Under the pieces are notes generated by a model. That model saw only the letters and a list, made by a program, of their open reading frames with translations, ran no database searches and was not told where the DNA came from. Source: Candidatus Solibacter usitatus (lineage in GTDB: Bacteria; Acidobacteriota; Terriglobia; Bryobacterales; Bryobacteraceae). Taken from it: a stretch of DNA of 64,000 nucleotides. The translations under genes and the position numbers were made by a program. Positions 37,370 to 46,278 of the stretch are shown here, in pieces (the stretch's first letter is position 1; each line of letters starts with the position of its first letter). The stretch spans positions 1,371 to 65,370 of the forward strand of contig JACPVQ010000044.1 in NCBI GenBank assembly GCA_016191645.1. Direction: 5' to 3'.

Positions 37370-38344
37370 TTAGCAATAACCGTTTGCGCGGAACCAGTCG
37401 ACGGCTCGCTGCAAAGCCCCCTCCACGGGGGCCGGCTCAAATCCCAAATCCCGCTTCGCCTTTTCAGACGAAACGAACATCTTCTTTCGCGCCATGCGCA
37501 CGCCTTCCAGCGGCACGCGCGGCTCGCTCCCTGTCAGGGATGCCCAACCGGTACTGCAGACTCCGGCCGCGTAGGCCACCGCATACGGAATCCTGACCTG
37601 AGGCGCGGGTATTCCGCTGATTTGCCCCAGACCTTCCAGGATCTCTCGTAAGGTCATGTTGCGGCAACCTAAAATATAGCGCTCCCCAGGCTTTCCCCGT
37701 TCCGCCGCCAGCAAGTGACCCTTTGCCGTATCCCGCACGTCCACCAGATTCAGTCCCGTATCGACGTAGGCGGGCATCTGCCGTTTGAGAAAATCGACAA
37801 TGATCTTCCCCGTCGGCGTCGGCTTGAAATCGTGATCGCCCACAGGGGCGGTAGGATTCACAATGACCACCGGAAAGCCGTCCCGCGCGAATTCGAGGGC
37901 GGTCCGTTCCGCCTGGAACTTCGATCGCTTGTAGTGGCCGCTCATCTGCTGAATGGTCACCGGCATTGATTCGTCTCCGATTCCACCATCCGGGATGCCG
38001 ATGCATCCCACCGTGCTGGTATAGACGAACCGTTCCACTCCGGCCTGGCGGGCGGCCTGTAGGATATTGCGCGTGCCACCGGCGTTGGAGTCGTAAAGGT
38101 CCTGTGGATTCTTCGACCACAAGCGGTAATCGGCGGCGACATGATAGACGGTGCCACAACCGGCGACGGCATGTTGGAGCGAAGAGGGGTCACGCAGATC
38201 TCCGCAAACGGTTTCGGCCTCGAGTTCGCGCAGACGGCTGGACGCGCGCACCAGACAGCGTACGCGCTCTCCGCGCTCCACGAGTTGTCTTGCCACATGC
38301 CAGCCAATAAATCCTGTCGCTCCTGTAATCAGTACCGGCTTCAC
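37370..38344 (-). CDS. hpnA: Hopanoid-associated NAD-dependent epimerase/dehydratase HpnA
   Basis: TGATGFIG, HVAADYRLW, HYKRSK, VNPT.PVG..D.KPTPTG. Confidence 0.93.
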   Translation of the reverse strand: MKPVLITGATGFIGWHVARQLVERGERVRCLVRASSRLRELEAETVCGDLRDPSSLQHAVAGCGTVYHVAADYRLWSKNPQDLYDSNAGGTRNILQAARQAGVERFVYTSTVGCIGIPDGGIGDESMPVTIQQMSGHYKRSKFQAERTALEFARDGFPVVIVNPTAPVGDHDFKPTPTGKIIVDFLKRQMPAYVDTGLNLVDVRDTAKGHLLAAERGKPGERYILGCRNMTLREILEGLGQISGIPAPQVRIPYAVAYAAGVCSTGWASLTGSEPRVPLEGVRMARKKMFVSSEKAKRDLGFEPAPVEGALQRAVDWFRANGYC

Positions 38345-38347
38345 TTT

Positions 38348-40270
38348 TCAGGCGTATTTCTCATTCAGAAATGCCGAAAGCGCAAGCGCGGGAAACGAAT
38401 TTCGATATAAGTGATACGTCAAATAAAAGACGCGCGGGAATCCGGTCCCCGTTGCCAGCGTCTCATCCCAAGTCCCGTCGCTCTTCTGGGTTTCGATCAA
38501 ATACTCGATGCCATCGCGGACGCTTTCGCTGATCTGATCGCCGCTGGCCAGCAAGCCTAGCACGGCCCAGGCGGTTTGCGAAGGCGTGCTGGGAGCCGCA
38601 ACAAACGAATTGCGGTCATAGCTTTCGCAGCTTTCTCCCCATCCGCCGTCGGCGTTCTGGATGGCCCGCAGCCATTCTCCGGCGCGCAGGATATGCGCCT
38701 CGCGGTCGCTTTCCCCGGCGGCTCGCAATCCTCTTAACGCAAGAAAAGTTCCATAGATGTAATCCACGCCCCAGCGGCCATACCAACTGCTATCCGCCCC
38801 CTGCGTCTTGCGTAGGAACGCCGCGCCGCGCTGGATGGCGGGGTGCGAAGGCGGAGTTCCATGCGCCACCAGCGCTTCCATCACCCGCCCGGTAATGTCG
38901 GGGCAGGTGGGATCGAGCATGGCGTTATGGTCGGCGAAGGGAACGTCGGCCAGGAATCCCCAATTGTTATCCACGTCGAAGGCTGCCCATCCGCCGTCTT
39001 TGGATTGCATGGCCAACAGCCAGTTCACGGCGCGGTCGATGGCTTTCTGCTGGTCCGGAATACTGCTCGCGCGCGCATGGCGCATGGCAAGCAAAACCAT
39101 GGCCGTATCGTCGATGTCGGGATAAAACTCGTTGGCGTGTTCGAAATACCAGCCGGATGGTTCCACGCCGGGCCGTTTCACGCACCAATCGCCGGGGCGG
39201 CGGATCTCTTTCCGGAGCAGCCAGTCCGCCGTAGATTGGAGCGCATCGGGCGGCGCCATGTTCGATTCGCCCACCGAAAATGCCGCAATGGCGGTGTCCC
39301 AAACCACGGAGAAACAAGGTTGGAAGAAGAAGCCGGCATCGCCGCCGCGTTCCGTCATCAGGCGGTCGAATTGGCGTTGCGCCTCCAGGTGATCGGCATG
39401 ATCGCGGGGAACACCCATCACATCCAGCGCCATGATGAGGTACATCATCGGAGGATAGATGGCAGCGAGGCCGTCGGAGTGGCGCGTATGCTCCAGAGAC
39501 CAATCGAGAGCCTTTCGCATCGCCATGCGGCGCACACCCTTCGGGCCGTGTTTTTCCCACAGTTTCAGCAATCCATCGACGCGCAGGAAGAAGTTCTTCC
39601 AGGAAAAAAAGCCCTTATCGTTGGGGAAGGCGAAGCTGACGCCCGCGGCGTGTAATTCATCAATGTGGAAACCCTCAGGCACGGGTTTCATGGGACGCGA
39701 CGCGTGCACAATGGACAGCGGAATGACAATGGCGCGCGTCCAGGAAGACATTTCGTAGATCAGCTTACCGGCCAACATCACCTCGGGTGGCACCGATGGC
39801 ACGTGCTCCCGCGGGTAGAGGCCGAACAGACTCAGGTTGATCTTGACGTAGCTGTTGGCGCGCTGCAACCCGCCCATCGCCAGAATGCGGTCGCGCAGCC
39901 GGACCATGCGCGCGTCGCCGCAATCGACGCCCGCGAGTTTCAGCGAAAAGTAAGCCTTCACGCTGGCGCTGATCTCCGATGGACCCTGTTGATAGATATT
40001 GAAGCCCCCATCGGGGAGTTGGCGCGCCAGAATCGACCGCACTGCTTTGTCGATCAAGGGCCGGGTGGGTGGATTCCAGGTTTTCCCCTCTGGCGGGTGC
40101 ATCCAAAGCTGCAAAAGGATAAAGTCGGATTCCAGAGTGCTGTCGGCAGTGAGGTCGGCGCACCAAAAACCTTCCTGCGAACGCATCTTGAGCAAGGCCT
40201 CCACTGCTCGCCGCGCCGATTGTTCGGCGTGCACCAGCAACCCATCGGAAATTTGGAGCCCGGGCATCAT
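38348..40270 (-). CDS. shc: Squalene--hopene cyclase
   Basis: YPDIDDTA (DxDD), QW-type repeats (QSKDGGW, QNADGGWGE, QKSDGTW), WYGRWG, TGTGFP. Confidence 0.98.
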   Translation of the reverse strand: MMPGLQISDGLLVHAEQSARRAVEALLKMRSQEGFWCADLTADSTLESDFILLQLWMHPPEGKTWNPPTRPLIDKAVRSILARQLPDGGFNIYQQGPSEISASVKAYFSLKLAGVDCGDARMVRLRDRILAMGGLQRANSYVKINLSLFGLYPREHVPSVPPEVMLAGKLIYEMSSWTRAIVIPLSIVHASRPMKPVPEGFHIDELHAAGVSFAFPNDKGFFSWKNFFLRVDGLLKLWEKHGPKGVRRMAMRKALDWSLEHTRHSDGLAAIYPPMMYLIMALDVMGVPRDHADHLEAQRQFDRLMTERGGDAGFFFQPCFSVVWDTAIAAFSVGESNMAPPDALQSTADWLLRKEIRRPGDWCVKRPGVEPSGWYFEHANEFYPDIDDTAMVLLAMRHARASSIPDQQKAIDRAVNWLLAMQSKDGGWAAFDVDNNWGFLADVPFADHNAMLDPTCPDITGRVMEALVAHGTPPSHPAIQRGAAFLRKTQGADSSWYGRWGVDYIYGTFLALRGLRAAGESDREAHILRAGEWLRAIQNADGGWGESCESYDRNSFVAAPSTPSQTAWAVLGLLASGDQISESVRDGIEYLIETQKSDGTWDETLATGTGFPRVFYLTYHLYRNSFPALALSAFLNEKYA

Positions 40271-41262
40271 AATGTGATGGAAGTGAGACGCGACGCGTGC
40301 GGAACCAGTTCCGCCGGCAGCGAAAACCGCACGTCCTCTTCCTTAATCTCCACTTGTTCCACGCTTCCAAAGCCGTGATCGGATTGCAGAGAAGCAATCA
40401 AATCCTGCACCAGGTGTTCGGGGGCCGAAGCGCCCGCCGTTACGGCAATCGTCTGAACGCCCATCAGCCATTCGGATTTCACTTCGCCGGCGTCATCCAC
40501 CAGATAAGACCGGACGCCCGCCAATTCACAGACCTCCACCAAACGCCGTGAGTTCGAACTGTTGCGCGAACCAACCACCAGCAACGCCTGGCATTGCGGG
40601 GCAATCGCCTTCACCGCCAGTTGCCGATTTTCGGTGGCATAGCAGATATCCTGAGCCGGCGGTCCCTCGATCAAGGGAAAGCGCTGCTTGAGGCGGGCGA
40701 TGATCCCCGTCGTCTCGTCCAGGCTGAGCGTCGTCTGGGTAAGATAGACCACGCGCGAGGGGTCCGGCAATTGGAGGATGTCGACGTCCGCTTCGGTCTC
40801 CACAAGAATGGAAACGGTAGGCTCTTCGCCCAGCGTCCCGATGACCTCGTCATGGTCCTTATGGCCGATCAGAACAATGGTGTAGCCGCGCTGGGCGTAC
40901 CGTTTGGCCTCCAAATGGACCTTGGTGACCAGAGGGCATGTTGCGTCGATCACCGCCAATCTGCGGGCCACGGCCTCCTGCCGCACCGCCGGAGATACTC
41001 CATGGGCGCTGAAAATGACTCGCGCCCCTTCCGGCACTTCGGAAAGCTCTTCCACAAAGATCGCTCCAGCCCCGCGCAATTCCTCTACCACGTGGCGGTT
41101 GTGGACTATCTCTTTGCGCACGTAAATGGGCGATCCGAAGACATCCAAGGCGATCTTGACCACATCGATTGCCCGCACCACGCCGGCACAAAAGCCGCGT
41201 GGCGTAAGCAATAGGATATTTCTACCAGTGTCACCCACACTGGTCGTGCGGTAAGAAGACAT
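40267..41262 (-). CDS. ispH: 4-hydroxy-3-methylbut-2-enyl diphosphate reductase
   Basis: PRGFCAGV, IVHN, SAHG, DATCPLV, QTT, ICYAT, SSNS, TAGASAP. Confidence 0.98.
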   Translation of the reverse strand: MSSYRTTSVGDTGRNILLLTPRGFCAGVVRAIDVVKIALDVFGSPIYVRKEIVHNRHVVEELRGAGAIFVEELSEVPEGARVIFSAHGVSPAVRQEAVARRLAVIDATCPLVTKVHLEAKRYAQRGYTIVLIGHKDHDEVIGTLGEEPTVSILVETEADVDILQLPDPSRVVYLTQTTLSLDETTGIIARLKQRFPLIEGPPAQDICYATENRQLAVKAIAPQCQALLVVGSRNSSNSRRLVEVCELAGVRSYLVDDAGEVKSEWLMGVQTIAVTAGASAPEHLVQDLIASLQSDHGFGSVEQVEIKEEDVRFSLPAELVPHASRLTSITL

Positions 41263-41273
41263 AACGTCTTTTG

Positions 41274-41282
41274 ATTATAGCA
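41274..41282 (-). promoter_or_regulatory. Extended -10 promoter of the hopanoid operon
   Basis: TGcTATAAT on the minus strand, 11 nt before the ispH ATG. Confidence 0.65.
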
Positions 41283-41400
41283 GCAGGGTCGCCGCTTTTT
41301 GGCCAATCTGACGCTCACCTGGAGTCACCCTATAAAGGTCCTAGGGCCCTTCGCCGATAAGTGGGTGTAGTTTATTTTTCGATAAGGACGGAGTCTGACC

Positions 41401-43980
41401 GTGTTCTGGGCCTTGACAATAGCACTGGGTGTGATCTTCGCAGCCGTGCTGTACAAGTTCGCGGTACCCCCAAAAAAGAGTGAGCCTGAGGAGGAGAAGG
41501 CGGAAGACAGCGCCATTCCCGCCGGCGCGCTGTTCGAGGATGCGCCCCTCGGCTATCAGTTGGTGGACAAGGTCGGAACCATCCTCAAAGTAAACCGGAA
41601 GGAATTGTCGGCCCGGCAAATGCTCCTTTCGGACATGATTGGCCGGCCCTGTTGGGATTTTGTCCCGCAGGAGGACCAGCAACGGGTGCGGGAAGAAATC
41701 CTCAGAAAACTCGCCGGGCAAATAGAGCTGGTCCCCACCCGGCGAAGGCAATTGGGTCCCCGCGGATCGGTCATTACAGCGGAGGTAACGGAAACCATTC
41801 TCCGCGGCAAGAACGGAAAGCTGCTGGGGATGTTGATCGCCTCCGTGGACATCACGGAGCGGCAGAGAGACCAGGAAAGCGTGTTCCGTGCCACGACGGA
41901 ATTGAACGCCCTTTTCCAGGCGATGCCTGACTTGCTCATGCGCATCGATTCGTTTGGGCGCGTGTTGGACGCCAAGGCCGGTCAACTCGCGGAGTCCTAC
42001 GAGAAGCCCGAACAGCTGATTGGAAAGATCTTTCAGGAGACAGTGTCCGCTGAGGAAGGGCTCAAGATCTTCCAGGCGATTCAGCGCGTGAAGAAAATCC
42101 ACGCCATGGTCATGATTGAGCTGCACATGACCGTCAAGGACTCGCAGGAAATCTACGAAGCGCGTTTCTGTCCCAATTACCGCGAAGAGATGATCGTCAT
42201 CATCCGGCGCATCACGGAACGACGGATGTCGGAAGAGAAGTTGCACCAATACGCGCAGGAACTGGAAGCGAAGAACGAAGAGCTGGGCAGCGCACTGTTG
42301 AATGCCCGCGAAGCGACGGAGATGAAGAGCCGCTTCCTGGCCAACATGAGCCACGAGATCCGCACTCCTATGAACGGAATCCTCGGCATGGTCGATTTCC
42401 TGCTGGGCACTCCGCTCACCAATGAGCAGCGTGAATACGCCGTTGCGGTGAAGCAATCCGGCGACGCCCTGCTCACCCTGATCAACGACATTCTCGACAT
42501 CTCCAAGATCGAGGCCGGTAAGCTGCGGCTGGAAAGAATTCCGTTTGATCTGGCAATGACCGTGGAGGAGATTTCCTCAATCTGCGCCATCCGCGCCCGC
42601 GCCAAGGGCTTGGTTTTTACCAGCACGGCGACGGAAAACACTCCATCCTATGTGGTGGGCGACCCCGGGCGTCTGCGCCAGGTCTTGAACAACCTGATCG
42701 GGAACGCCATCAAGTTCACGGAGAAAGGCAAAGTCAGCGTATACACCGAAGTGGTGAGCGAAAACGAGACCACGGCGACGCTGCGCTTTATCGTGCAGGA
42801 CACGGGAATCGGCATTTCGCCGGAGGGTAAGGAAAAACTGTTTCACAGTTTCGTGCAGGGCGACAACTCCACGACGCGAAAATACGGCGGAACGGGGTTG
42901 GGGCTTGCCATCAGCAAACAGTTGGTGGAAATGATGGGGGGAGAGATCGGGTTCACCAGCGAAAAGAATCGCGGCAGCTCGTTCTTCTTCACCGTCGTGT
43001 TTGAGCGCGCCCCGGCCGTGGTGGCCTTTGAGGACGATACGACGCCCGAGATCCGCGCCGCCAAAGCGTTGGAGGGTACGCGCGTCCTTCTTCTCACTTC
43101 GCACACCAATGCTTCTTCCTCCATGAAGCAGTTCCTGGACGGCTGGCAATGCAGCACGCAGCACGTCGACGATGCGTCGGAGCTGAGCACCGCGCTGCGC
43201 AAGGCCGTGAACCGCGCCACGCCGTTCCGGCTCGCTTTAATCGATCTCGATTTGCATGGCGTCAACGCCACTGCCATCGCTACGTCGTTGAAGTACGATT
43301 TATTGCTGCGCGACACCATTCTCATTGGAATGACCGCCGTGCCCATCCGCGGCGACGGTCTTCAATTGCGGGAAGCCGGATTTGCCGGCTACATGAACAA
43401 GCCGATCCGAGCCTCGCAGTTGTATCACACCATGGTGGCCGCCGTTCGCGGCAAAGAAAAAGCTCCGCTCGAGGAGGCCGCTCCCATGGTCACCCGCCAC
43501 ACCCTGGCGGAGACCCAAAAGAGTGCCGAAGCGGGTAAACCGTCCATTCTGTTGGCGGAAGACAACGTCATCAATCAACGCATCGCCATCCGCCTGTTGC
43601 AGAAACTCGGTCTCACGGCGGAAGTGGTGAACAACGGCCGTGAAGCGGTAGGCGCATTGGAACGCGCGGCCTACGATCTGGTCTTGATGGATTGCCAGAT
43701 GCCCGAATTGGACGGCTTTGAGGCGACTGCCGAAATTCGCCGCCGCGAACAAGTCGAAGGCAAGAACAAGCACACCCTCATCTGCGCGCTGACAGCGAAC
43801 GCCATGGTCGGCGATCGTGAGAAATGCATCGATTCCGGCATGGACGATTACATCAGCAAACCTGTGGCCCTAACCGATCTTCAGGCCGCCATTCAGCGGC
43901 TGCTGTATAAAGATGGAGTTCCCTTGGAACAGGACGCTGCTCCTGCCTCGCCATCTCCGGATGCCGCATTGACGGCATAG
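41401..43980 (+). CDS. Hybrid sensor kinase (TM-PAS-PAS-HisKA-HATPase-REC-REC)
   Basis: [34 protein letters not shown]; receiver motifs LIDLDL and LMDCQMP. Confidence 0.95.
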   Translation: MFWALTIALGVIFAAVLYKFAVPPKKSEPEEEKAEDSAIPAGALFEDAPLGYQLVDKVGTILKVNRKELSARQMLLSDMIGRPCWDFVPQEDQQRVREEILRKLAGQIELVPTRRRQLGPRGSVITAEVTETILRGKNGKLLGMLIASVDITERQRDQESVFRATTELNALFQAMPDLLMRIDSFGRVLDAKAGQLAESYEKPEQLIGKIFQETVSAEEGLKIFQAIQRVKKIHAMVMIELHMTVKDSQEIYEARFCPNYREEMIVIIRRITERRMSEEKLHQYAQELEAKNEELGSALLNAREATEMKSRFLANMSHEIRTPMNGILGMVDFLLGTPLTNEQREYAVAVKQSGDALLTLINDILDISKIEAGKLRLERIPFDLAMTVEEISSICAIRARAKGLVFTSTATENTPSYVVGDPGRLRQVLNNLIGNAIKFTEKGKVSVYTEVVSENETTATLRFIVQDTGIGISPEGKEKLFHSFVQGDNSTTRKYGGTGLGLAISKQLVEMMGGEIGFTSEKNRGSSFFFTVVFERAPAVVAFEDDTTPEIRAAKALEGTRVLLLTSHTNASSSMKQFLDGWQCSTQHVDDASELSTALRKAVNRATPFRLALIDLDLHGVNATAIATSLKYDLLLRDTILIGMTAVPIRGDGLQLREAGFAGYMNKPIRASQLYHTMVAAVRGKEKAPLEEAAPMVTRHTLAETQKSAEAGKPSILLAEDNVINQRIAIRLLQKLGLTAEVVNNGREAVGALERAAYDLVLMDCQMPELDGFEATAEIRRREQVEGKNKHTLICALTANAMVGDREKCIDSGMDDYISKPVALTDLQAAIQRLLYKDGVPLEQDAAPASPSPDAALTA

Positions 43981-44015
43981 GCTTCACGCGCCGTACCTCA
44001 TGCGACAATGTTGGC

Positions 44016-45488
44016 TTGACCGGACGTCTTTTCCTCAAGTTGATTCTCGCCATCGTGGCCATTCTTGTGGTCGCTCTGGCTTCTGTGGATCACTTTGCCA
44101 GCAACGTTGCCGAGTCCACTTACATCTCCACGCTGACACGCGAACTGAGCCAGACCGCTCGTGTTCTCTCCGTTGTTCTCGATGAACATCCGGAGGACGC
44201 CTCGGAAATCACATTTCGCTCCTTCGCTCAGGCGTTGAATGCGCGCATCACTCTCATCGCCAAAGACGGCCGGGTTCTGCGCGATTCCGAGGCCGACGCG
44301 GCCAAAATGGAGAATCATGCCCAACGGCCGGAAGTTCTAGCGGCCTTGCAAGGGCGGGAATCTTCCATGATCCGCCCCAGTTCCACGCTGGGGACGCCGT
44401 TCCTATACATGGCCATTCCCGCGCGTTATGGCGTGTTGCGAATTGCCGTGCCCCTTTCCAGCGTCCGCTCCGGCGTCAACTCGGTGCGCGCCCAAATGTT
44501 GACCGCCGTCGCTATTGCCTTCCTGCCCGCGGTGCTTCTGGCCGCTTTCATTGCGCGCTATGTCTCCCGCCGCCTGGCGTCGATTATCGAATACTCGGGC
44601 AAGCTGGCCTCGGGACAATTCGGCGAACGCCTTCCTGTCCGAAACGATGAGTTGGGTGTTCTCGAGCGAAAGCTGGGTGAGACCGCGCTCAAATTACAGA
44701 ACGCCTCCGAGCAGATTCAGCGCGAACACCAGGAGTTGGAAAAGCTGGAACGGGTCCGCAAAGATTTCGTGATCAACGTTTCGCATGAACTTCGGACGCC
44801 GCTGGCGTCCATTCAGGGTTACACCGAAACATTACTGGACGGGGCGGTCCATGAACCGGAGAACAACATCAAGTTCCTCTCCATCATCCGCGCCAACGCC
44901 GAACGTCTGGGACGCCTCACGTCGGATCTTCTGACTTTGTCTCGTATTGAATTGAAGAGCCAGGCCTTCCAATTCAGTTCCTTCTACGCGAACGTCCTGG
45001 TGCAGCAGTGTCTCGACTCCATCCGGCAGCTCGCCGAGAAGAAGCAGGTCGTCCTTGTGTTGGAATCCGCGCCGCCAACCACGGAGCTCTATTGCGATGC
45101 CGAGGCCGTGCATCAGATCCTCAGCAATCTGATCGACAATGCGATTAAGTACACCCCTGCCGGCGGCCAGATCACGGTTGGAATTATTCCCGCCTCCAAG
45201 CCTGGCTTGCAACAGATTTTCGTGCGCGACACCGGGATCGGAATTCCGGAAGAAGATGTCGGCCGGCTCTTCGAGCGGTTCTACCGCGTGGACAAGGCGC
45301 GCTCGCGCGACTTGGGTGGTACTGGCCTGGGATTGGCGATTGTCAAACATCTTGCACTTTCCATGGGGGGTGAGGCCGGGGTCAGCAGCGTCCAGGGAAA
45401 AGGCTCCACGTTCTGGTTCACCTTGCCGGAGGAAGGTTCCGATCTGCCGGAATCGCCCCCGGTTCAACGGCAGTTAACCGTAGCGTAA
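44016..45488 (+). CDS. phoR: PhoR-like sensor histidine kinase
   Basis: Periplasmic RITLI..DG.VL.DS....MENH..RPEV domain, HAMP, FVINVSHELRTP, FERFYRVDKARSR..GGTGLGL. Confidence 0.85.
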   Translation: MTGRLFLKLILAIVAILVVALASVDHFASNVAESTYISTLTRELSQTARVLSVVLDEHPEDASEITFRSFAQALNARITLIAKDGRVLRDSEADAAKMENHAQRPEVLAALQGRESSMIRPSSTLGTPFLYMAIPARYGVLRIAVPLSSVRSGVNSVRAQMLTAVAIAFLPAVLLAAFIARYVSRRLASIIEYSGKLASGQFGERLPVRNDELGVLERKLGETALKLQNASEQIQREHQELEKLERVRKDFVINVSHELRTPLASIQGYTETLLDGAVHEPENNIKFLSIIRANAERLGRLTSDLLTLSRIELKSQAFQFSSFYANVLVQQCLDSIRQLAEKKQVVLVLESAPPTTELYCDAEAVHQILSNLIDNAIKYTPAGGQITVGIIPASKPGLQQIFVRDTGIGIPEEDVGRLFERFYRVDKARSRDLGGTGLGLAIVKHLALSMGGEAGVSSVQGKGSTFWFTLPEEGSDLPESPPVQRQLTVA

Positions 45489-45516
45489 TGGATTTGTAAC
45501 ATGAATCTGGCATAGT
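45461..45516 (+). promoter_or_regulatory. Pho-box-like tandem array plus extended -10 upstream of phoB
   Basis: Heptamers at exact 11-nt period: GGTTCAA 45461, AGTTAAC 45472, GCGTAAT 45483, TTGTAAC 45494; then TGgCATAGT 45508-45516. Confidence 0.6.
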
Positions 45517-45531
45517 GCAGCTTGGTAGTCC

Positions 45532-46233
45532 ATGAAGAAAATCGCCCTCATTGAAGACGACGCGGATCTCTTCGCTCTTCTCAAATACAATCTCGAAAAA
45601 GAAGGATTCGCCCTGGTCGGGGCGCAAACGGGCAAAGGGGCTCTCGAACTTTTCCGCAGGGAGCGTCCGCATCTGATTCTGCTGGACATTATGCTTCCCG
45701 ATTCCGACGGGCTCGACATTTGCAAGGGCATTCGCGCCACGCCGGAGCTGGCCAATACACCGGTGATCTTCCTCACTGCGCGCGCGTCGGAAACCGAGCG
45801 CATCGTCGGATTGGAACTGGGCGCGAACGATTACATCGTCAAGCCCTTCTTTGTGCGCGAACTGATTGCCCGGATCAAAGTTCATTTCCGCGGACCGCGG
45901 ACTCCGTCGCGTTCCCTTGCGGCTGGGCCATTGGAGCTCGACCGCAATAGTTGCCGCGTCAAACTCAACGGCGAACTCATCGCCCTCACGGCTACCGAAT
46001 TCCGGCTGCTGGAACATCTGATGAACCGGCCCGGCGTTGTGTTCAGCCGCGAGCAACTCCTGGATGCGGTATGGGGCCAGGATCGCGCAGTCACTGACCG
46101 CACCGTGGATGTCTACATTCTCCGCCTGCGCCAGAAAATTGAACGCGATGCGGCCGGGCCCTTTATCCGGTCCGTTCGCGGCTTCGGCTACAGCTTCAAC
46201 GAAAATCTGGAAACCGCCGCAGCCTCTCAATAG
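45532..46233 (+). CDS. phoB: OmpR/PhoB-family response regulator
   Basis: IEDD, LLDIMLP, KPF; winged helix LTATEFRLL...FSREQLL..VW...RTVDV.I.RLR.K....VRG.GY. Confidence 0.85.
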   Translation: MKKIALIEDDADLFALLKYNLEKEGFALVGAQTGKGALELFRRERPHLILLDIMLPDSDGLDICKGIRATPELANTPVIFLTARASETERIVGLELGANDYIVKPFFVRELIARIKVHFRGPRTPSRSLAAGPLELDRNSCRVKLNGELIALTATEFRLLEHLMNRPGVVFSREQLLDAVWGQDRAVTDRTVDVYILRLRQKIERDAAGPFIRSVRGFGYSFNENLETAAASQ

Positions 46234-46278
46234 CAGCCTCTCCATGGAGGTTCAAGTTGATACTCTGGTTGCTGAACC

